Below, one piece after another: positions 33,957 to 40,123 of a stretch of 40,123 nt of DNA (position 1 is the first letter of the stretch; the number at the start of each line of letters is the position of its first letter). The DNA lies in IMG/VR virus record IMGVR_UViG_3300011443_000030, positions 1 through 40,123 of that record, one strand, 5' to 3'. Source of the stretch: a virus. Taxonomy: Duplodnaviria > Caudoviricetes. A program made the translations under genes and the position numbers. The notes beneath the pieces were generated by a model. The model had not been told where the DNA came from and made no database searches. It was given only the letters and a program-made list of their open reading frames with translations.

Positions 33957-36937
33957 TGGCAAAGAAAAACGAAATCATAATTGTTGATCTGAAAGTGAAT
34001 GTCGATGACATCACTACCAAAATGGGTACAGCCCGCGAGGAAGTGATCAGGCTTCAGACTGCAAACAAGGAACTGAAAAAGTCAATTGATGAAGCCCTTG
34101 CCAATAAGAATGATGCACAGGTTGCCAATCTCACCAAGCAGTTATCTTCAAATGAAGCTCAGGTAAAAACACTGAACACCGAGATCCGTCAGTATCAATC
34201 CACGATTCAAAAAACCAGCCAGCTCAATAAAGCATCAGAAGGATCTTACGAACAATTGCTGCGTCAGTATGAACTGGCTTCCGTGGCGCTAAAAACATTG
34301 GAAGGTCAGCAGACCCGCAACGCCGATGGAACCGTTGTGCTTTCGAAAGAATATGAAGAATCGGCTGCGAAAGTAAAGCAGCTGAAGGATGGCGTAGATT
34401 CATTCAATAAAGGAATCGGCGACGGACGTTCATCAGTAGGTCTGTACGCACAAGGAATCAAGGAGGCGTTTGCCGATACCGGTTTATTTTCCGAACAAAT
34501 AAAATTATTCGGTCCGCTCTTCAACGTTGCTAAAGGCGGCGCTGATCTTTTTAAAAATGGAATAAAGGGAGTCGGGGTTGCCATGACATCGACAGGCATA
34601 CCCCTGTTTGCACAGGCGCTTCAATTGCTGGCGGGATTGTTCGGTAAGAATGAAGCAGCTTCTGAAAAGTTTGAACAGGTTATGGCCGCAATCGGCGCAA
34701 TTTTCAATACTATCATTGGAACGGTTATCAATTTAGGGAAGCAGATATTCGGCGCCATTTCAGAGCCTCGTAAAATATGGGAGGCATTCGGAAATTATAT
34801 CAACGGAACTTTCATCCAGTATTTCAAATCACTGGGTAATGTCATTGCTGGAATCTTCACACTGGACTTCGACCGGGTAAAAGAAGGATTTAAGGGAGCT
34901 GGTGAAGCGGTGCTGAATGTGTATAAACCTGCCGTGACTCTTGCAAAAGGTTACAAGGACATGGCTGTAACGGCTTTTGAAGCTGCGAAGGCTGCGGTTG
35001 AATTAACAAAGCGAACACAGGATTTGGAAGACCGGGAACGTGCATTTCAAAATGAAGCAACGGCTACCAAATTAAAAATTGATGAACTAATAAAATCAGC
35101 CAGGGAGCGAGCAGGATCAGAAGAAGAACGAATCCGGTTACTGGATGAAGCGGCAGCTCTGGAAAAGAAATTACTCGACGAAGAAGTTTCCATTGCAAAG
35201 GAACGACTGGATATTATTACAGCGCAAAACGAACTTCTCAAGACGCAGGGACTGCTCAAGGATGATGATGATCAGAAGCGCGTTGATGCCGCTAACAAAC
35301 TATTGGAGCTGCAAGGACAATCTGCAATCAAGCAGCAGGAAATTGAAAACCGGAAAACGTTACTTATTAACGAGTTGAATAAAAAAGAAATTCAGAACCG
35401 GATCGATACTCTGAATGCGAAACTTGCCATTGAGGAAGCCAGTGGCCGGAGCAGCATCGCTCTTCAGAAACAAATTGCTGATGAGGAAAGGAAGATTCTG
35501 CTTGAAGATGCAAAGGATAATAAACTAAAACAGGAACAGATTGAACTGGATTACCAGGCGAAACTAATTTCCATAAATAAAAAAGCTGCTGCCGATCGTA
35601 AAGCAATCCGGGAGCAGACTGAAAATATTGAACTCTCTTTTATCCGTGATCAGAACACCAGGGAGCTGGCACAGATAGCACTTGAATTCCAGAGAAAAGT
35701 TGATCTGCTAAAAGGGAATTTCACAGAGGAAGCAGCCCTGCGTGAAGCTCTTGAAATTGAAATGCAGAATAAGATTCGCGCCGTTCAGGAGCGAATCGAA
35801 GATGAAGCCAGAGCGAAGAAGATCCAGCGGATTGAGGAAAATTCCGACATCGAACTTAAAGCGATCGAGGCTGATTTCCAAAGACAGGAACAGGCTCTTC
35901 AAGTTGCGGCTTCCAAACGGTTGATCAAAGAAGATGAACTTGCTGAACAGCTACTTCAATTAAAATTCCAGCGAGCTCAGCGTGAACTGGATGCAGTCAA
36001 AGAAATTGAAGCGCAGAAAATCCTTGCACTTGAAACTTCCTTCCTGAAAGAAAATGCCCTGAATCAGCAAAAGTATGACCAGGGAATAATTTCACAGGAA
36101 GAGTTTTACAAAACACAAACCGACATTGCCGTTAAGTATTCTGAACTGGCGCTGGCGCAGCAGAAGGCATCGAACGAAGCGGTATTAACTGCAACTGCTG
36201 AGGTCACTGCGGCCAGAACAGAAATTATCATCAATGGTAACCAGCAGATTTTCGAAAATGAACAGGCTCTTGCAAACGAACGAGCCCGGCTGCAATCGGA
36301 AGTGTCGAAAGCGATCACAGCTTCTTTCGCTACTGTTAATGAGGTACTGGCAAAGGATGAGGCCAGTAAAAAGAAAAATGCAGACCTATTAAAAACACTC
36401 GCTGTTGCACAGGTGCTAATCAATTTATACACGGAGGTTTCCGGTTACTGGGCTGGCGTTGGTAAGGATGCTGCAATTTATGGTAACCTGTACACTGAAG
36501 CGGTATCGGTTGGTATTGCCTCACTGAATTCAACACTGGCAGGAATTCGCGCAGGACTTGCTCTTTCGAACATCAACAAAGCATTTGCAACAGGAGGTCA
36601 CACCGGCAAGGGAATAAATTTCATTGATGAAACGGGAGAGCCTGTTGCGGGTATTGTGCATGCTGACGAGTGGATAGCTCCCAAATGGATGGTGAAAAAT
36701 CCGATTGTCTCACCGGTGATTCATTCCCTGGAAGAAATGCGAAAAACAGGTAAGGCCGTTCCGTTTGCTGATGGCGGGTTTTCTTCCAGTGTTGTAAGCA
36801 ACATCATCACCACGCAAACTCAGAACTTCATGTCAGCAGAAGAGATCCTGAAGAAAGTTCAGATCGTTGCCGTAGCCGCAGAAGTTACAGAGAAACAAAT
36901 TCAAACTACCATCGTAGAGCAAACCGCAAACGTATGA
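33956..36937 (+). CDS. Tape measure protein
   Basis: 993 aa coiled-coil; RSSVGLY, FATGGHTG...AGIVHADEW, FADGG. Confidence 0.85.
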   Translation: MAKKNEIIIVDLKVNVDDITTKMGTAREEVIRLQTANKELKKSIDEALANKNDAQVANLTKQLSSNEAQVKTLNTEIRQYQSTIQKTSQLNKASEGSYEQLLRQYELASVALKTLEGQQTRNADGTVVLSKEYEESAAKVKQLKDGVDSFNKGIGDGRSSVGLYAQGIKEAFADTGLFSEQIKLFGPLFNVAKGGADLFKNGIKGVGVAMTSTGIPLFAQALQLLAGLFGKNEAASEKFEQVMAAIGAIFNTIIGTVINLGKQIFGAISEPRKIWEAFGNYINGTFIQYFKSLGNVIAGIFTLDFDRVKEGFKGAGEAVLNVYKPAVTLAKGYKDMAVTAFEAAKAAVELTKRTQDLEDRERAFQNEATATKLKIDELIKSARERAGSEEERIRLLDEAAALEKKLLDEEVSIAKERLDIITAQNELLKTQGLLKDDDDQKRVDAANKLLELQGQSAIKQQEIENRKTLLINELNKKEIQNRIDTLNAKLAIEEASGRSSIALQKQIADEERKILLEDAKDNKLKQEQIELDYQAKLISINKKAAADRKAIREQTENIELSFIRDQNTRELAQIALEFQRKVDLLKGNFTEEAALREALEIEMQNKIRAVQERIEDEARAKKIQRIEENSDIELKAIEADFQRQEQALQVAASKRLIKEDELAEQLLQLKFQRAQRELDAVKEIEAQKILALETSFLKENALNQQKYDQGIISQEEFYKTQTDIAVKYSELALAQQKASNEAVLTATAEVTAARTEIIINGNQQIFENEQALANERARLQSEVSKAITASFATVNEVLAKDEASKKKNADLLKTLAVAQVLINLYTEVSGYWAGVGKDAAIYGNLYTEAVSVGIASLNSTLAGIRAGLALSNINKAFATGGHTGKGINFIDETGEPVAGIVHADEWIAPKWMVKNPIVSPVIHSLEEMRKTGKAVPFADGGFSSSVVSNIITTQTQNFMSAEEILKKVQIVAVAAEVTEKQIQTTIVEQTANV

Positions 36938-37164
36938 TGCACGAAAAAATAAAAGAGGAAATCGATAATGGGAATCTAAAATTTTTCATGAAACACGGCG
37001 CGATGCATCCGAACATCCTTTTCTATTATGATGTTTTCAATAAAGTGGAGTCTTTAAAATCCAGCGGTATGGGTGTCCGTCAGGCTGTTATTCAAGTTTC
37101 CATTTCCTGCAATGTTTCCTATACCACCATTTACAAGGCTATTAAACTCATGCGAGCAACGTAA
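36934..37164 (+). CDS. Small HTH protein upstream of the head operon
   Basis: VRQAVIQVSISCNVSYTTIYKAIK. Confidence 0.55.
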   Translation: MMHEKIKEEIDNGNLKFFMKHGAMHPNILFYYDVFNKVESLKSSGMGVRQAVIQVSISCNVSYTTIYKAIKLMRAT

Positions 37165-37275
37165 TTGTTTCGTTACTCTTTTCTGTGCTTCGTGTTTTCC
37201 TTTAGCATGCTTCCCATTTTCGTTGAGCAGTTTTAGAAATTAATATATTCTCATTTGCCGGAAATTATTTGTCCG

Positions 37276-38502
37276 GTGATTAAAGCTCAGGTAAAAAATG
37301 CAGATGCAAATGTTAAGCACGTATATATCTACGGCGACATCTGCAATGAGCAATCCCCTTATGCTGCTGAATACGGAATCGTTTCGCTTTCCGGAGTTTT
37401 AAAGCAGCTTCAGTCCGGGGACCAGGACTTCACAGAAATTCATGTACACATACACACTCGAGGCGGCGACGTTGTCGAGGGCTTTGCTATACATGATCTT
37501 CTGGTAAACACTGCAAAGAAGGTCACCACGATCATCGAAGGCTTATGCGCCTCCATTGGAACCGTAATTTCTTTGGCTGGCTCAGTCCGTAAGATGAATA
37601 AGAATTCAGACTTCTTCATTCACAATCCATGGGGAGAGCCATGGAGCATGTCCGGATTTACGGCTGATGATTACGAACAGCGCGCTGAAGAAATCCGGCA
37701 AGCCGAAAATAAGATCCTCGATTTCTATGTAGCAAAAACTGGCGCAGACCGCGACACACTTGCTACCATGATGAAGGAGCAAACCACACTGACAGCTGAT
37801 TCCGCTCTGGAATTTAAGTTCATCACGGAGATTGTCGAAACAGTAAATGCATACGCATCACTTGGCATTTCGCAAAAACAAAATACTGACATGAAAAACA
37901 AAAACAAAGCCGCGTCACTTCTGGCAAGGGCAATGAAATTTTTGAAAGGTGAAGATGTAAAAAACCTTGACCTGACCAAAAAGGACGGGACGCAGATAGT
38001 AGTTGATACCGATGAATCAACTCCCGCAGTCGGTGACGCTGTGACTGTTAACGGAGAACCCATTGCGGACGGCGATCATTTGATGTCGGATGATTCCACC
38101 ATCGTTACCGCAGGTGGAACGATTGCAGAAATAAAACCTGCTGAAGCTCCTGCGGACACGACCACAACCACGGAAACAACAACAGCCGATACTGCAACAG
38201 CTGATACAGCTGCACTTCAGGCGCAGATCGATGCGCTTACAGCACAGATCGCTGAGATCAATGCAAGAAACACAGCTCTTGCTGCAGAAGCCGAAGCACA
38301 CAGACTTGAAAATGTAGAGCTGACCAACCAAGCTGCTGCATTCTTAGCTCAGGCAAAAAGGATTTCATCCACGTTCACACCAAAGCAGCGTGAGTTCATG
38401 ACATCCACCACCGAAAACAAAAAGGTATCGGAAGGTAATGTCGATGTTGCTGCGGCGGTTGAGCGCAGAAAAAAATTGTTAGCAGAAAAAGCAGGAAAAT
38501 AA
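37276..38502 (+). CDS. ClpP-like prohead protease with a C-terminal scaffold region
   Basis: IYGDI, GGDVVEG, GLCASIG (Ser), IHNPW (His); Thr/Ala-rich linker and coiled coil; start at GTG 37276 or TTG 37255. Confidence 0.88.
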   Translation: MIKAQVKNADANVKHVYIYGDICNEQSPYAAEYGIVSLSGVLKQLQSGDQDFTEIHVHIHTRGGDVVEGFAIHDLLVNTAKKVTTIIEGLCASIGTVISLAGSVRKMNKNSDFFIHNPWGEPWSMSGFTADDYEQRAEEIRQAENKILDFYVAKTGADRDTLATMMKEQTTLTADSALEFKFITEIVETVNAYASLGISQKQNTDMKNKNKAASLLARAMKFLKGEDVKNLDLTKKDGTQIVVDTDESTPAVGDAVTVNGEPIADGDHLMSDDSTIVTAGGTIAEIKPAEAPADTTTTTETTTADTATADTAALQAQIDALTAQIAEINARNTALAAEAEAHRLENVELTNQAAAFLAQAKRISSTFTPKQREFMTSTTENKKVSEGNVDVAAAVERRKKLLAEKAGK

Positions 38503-38531
38503 ATCAACTCTAAAAACATCACCATAATAAC

Positions 38532-38945
38532 ATGAAAAAAATATTTGCACTCGCAGCACTCGCATCGGTACTCCTGGTAGTAACCACCACACAGGCGCAG
38601 GTGCGCAATGTGAAAAACACAAAGTATGTCGCAAACACAGACGCAGCAGGAGCTGACACCATTCAGATCACTCCATCTGAATATGTGACTGTTATAAAGC
38701 ACACCCTGACCGATTCGGTTCATTACAAAATCAAATCAACAGGTCAGGCTGTATTCGGTGACGAAATAGTTTTTGTCATCAATAACACTTCAGGAGGAAC
38801 CAAATTCAAAACTATTCCTGCAACAGCCGGATTTCAAATTACCGGAGCTGATAGTGTAATAACTGTTACTGCAAGCAAGTCCGCTATCATGACATTCATT
38901 TATAACGGGACTGCATTCGTTGAAAAATCCAAAATAGTACAATAA
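38532..38945 (+). CDS. Beta-rich protein with a Sec signal peptide between protease and capsid genes
   Basis: MKKIFALAALASVLLVVTTTQA|Q; C-terminal FIYNGTAFVE. Confidence 0.7.
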   Translation: MKKIFALAALASVLLVVTTTQAQVRNVKNTKYVANTDAAGADTIQITPSEYVTVIKHTLTDSVHYKIKSTGQAVFGDEIVFVINNTSGGTKFKTIPATAGFQITGADSVITVTASKSAIMTFIYNGTAFVEKSKIVQ

Positions 38946-38985
38946 AAAACCACTCTATAAAAAAACCGAAACACCTTAAAACGAC

Positions 38986-40123
38986 ATGAAAAGCACTAAA
39001 ATTATTCTCACATTATCGGCAGCGTTGGTTGTAGCATTTGCAGCCGGGATGTTTGCTGTCGCAACAGGACTTCCCTTTGGAGTGGTTGCACTTGGATTCC
39101 TTGGTGTATCCTACATGATTGGAAAGGGCATGGCCTTCGCAGGAATCGTCGCCTTTGATATCATAACCGGTACACCTATTACATTCAACGGAAAGGAAGC
39201 CCGAGAAGGAATTATCGAACCTGCATACGACTCACCTGAAATTGCAGAGTTCCTTACCATCGTTAACGACATCGTAGCTAAAGAGCAGATCGCTTTCTTA
39301 GGACGCATCAGCAAGATCACGAAAGTGGATGCTGGTTGCGGAACAGGTGCGGTAAATGTTGCTCCTGCAATCACTGCAAAATACTGGGAACCGGTTGCTG
39401 TAAAAGCGTGGCTCACTCAGTGTGCAGATGATCTGGAAAGAACTTTTTATGTATGGGGATTATCTAAAGGCATTAAAAGAAAAGATTTAACCTCTGGTGA
39501 TTTCATCGACTACGCGATGGAGATCATGACCACTGCTGTGAAAGAAGATGCACTGAGGTTTATCTGGTTCGGTGACACTTCAGTCGACACTATCTTGAAC
39601 GGTTCCTTCCTGAATTCTGCCGGCGACATTCCTTTCTACAACGCCATCAACGGTTTCTGGAAACAGATATTCACAGCCGTTACAGGATCAACCATGACCC
39701 GTTTCACCATCACCGCTAACGCAGGAGCAACATACGTACTTCAGGCACTTGCTGCAGGAGCATCGGTAACTATTCTGCGTGCGCTTGATGAACAAGCTGA
39801 TCCACGGCTGAAGGCTGACCCGAATAAATTCTACCTGGTAACAAGGACCATCCTTGAAAATTACATGACTTACCTGGAAAGCCAGGGACAGGAAGCCTCG
39901 TTTGAAAAACTGGAAAACGGTACCAAGATATTTAAGTTCCGTGGCATTCCTATTTACCCGATTGACTTCTGGGATCGCCAGATCAATGCAGATATGAACG
40001 ATGGTACTGCACGGGTTCTTCCTCACAGGGCATTGCTAATGACTAAAGCAAATCTGATGGTGGGTATGGATGCATCCAGTGCCGTCACAGACGCGAAAGT
40101 ATTCCTTGACGATGTGACTGAAA
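38986..40123 (+). CDS. Major capsid protein (runs off the window end; not in ORF track)
   Basis: Open frame of 379 codons after the protease; LRFIWFGD, FYNAINGFWKQI, FRGIPIYPIDFWD motifs. Confidence 0.8.
   Translation, partial: MKSTKIILTLSAALVVAFAAGMFAVATGLPFGVVALGFLGVSYMIGKGMAFAGIVAFDIITGTPITFNGKEAREGIIEPAYDSPEIAEFLTIVNDIVAKEQIAFLGRISKITKVDAGCGTGAVNVAPAITAKYWEPVAVKAWLTQCADDLERTFYVWGLSKGIKRKDLTSGDFIDYAMEIMTTAVKEDALRFIWFGDTSVDTILNGSFLNSAGDIPFYNAINGFWKQIFTAVTGSTMTRFTITANAGATYVLQALAAGASVTILRALDEQADPRLKADPNKFYLVTRTILENYMTYLESQGQEASFEKLENGTKIFKFRGIPIYPIDFWDRQINADMNDGTARVLPHRALLMTKANLMVGMDASSAVTDAKVFLDDVTE

Larger units (their letters stand above)
1..40123. mobile_element. Near-complete temperate Bacteroidota phage genome, excised form
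   Basis: All phage modules present, internal attP, no host flanks. Confidence 0.88.

Overview
The window is almost certainly a near-complete (~40.1 kb), circularly permuted genome of a temperate siphovirus-like phage of Bacteroidota in its excised (attP) form. Host assignment rests on A-rich leaders without Shine-Dalgarno sequences, TAnnTTTG promoters and a Bacteroidota-type MurD fragment. The major capsid gene runs off the right end, and what looks like its C-terminus reappears at bases 1-30. Modules in order: tail tube, portal, adaptor and fibre genes (1-7.2 kb); lysis (7.3-9.2 kb); morons (9.2-10.2 kb); integrase, attP and immunity (10.2-12.9 kb); early recombination and replication operon (12.9-25.1 kb); terminase, tail and head genes (25.2-40.1 kb). 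Most notable: (i) a complete ~50-nt antisense RNA cassette (own consensus promoter and terminator) whose 5' tail and loop are complementary to the translation-initiation regions of several early genes; (ii) an intact stand-alone MurD C-terminal D-Glu-binding domain behind an 18-bp duplicated leader; (iii) virion-module proteins, including the capsid, with signal peptides or membrane segments; (iv) a three-unit 9-bp Cys-x-x repeat protein. All family assignments come from motif recognition by eye; no searches were run.
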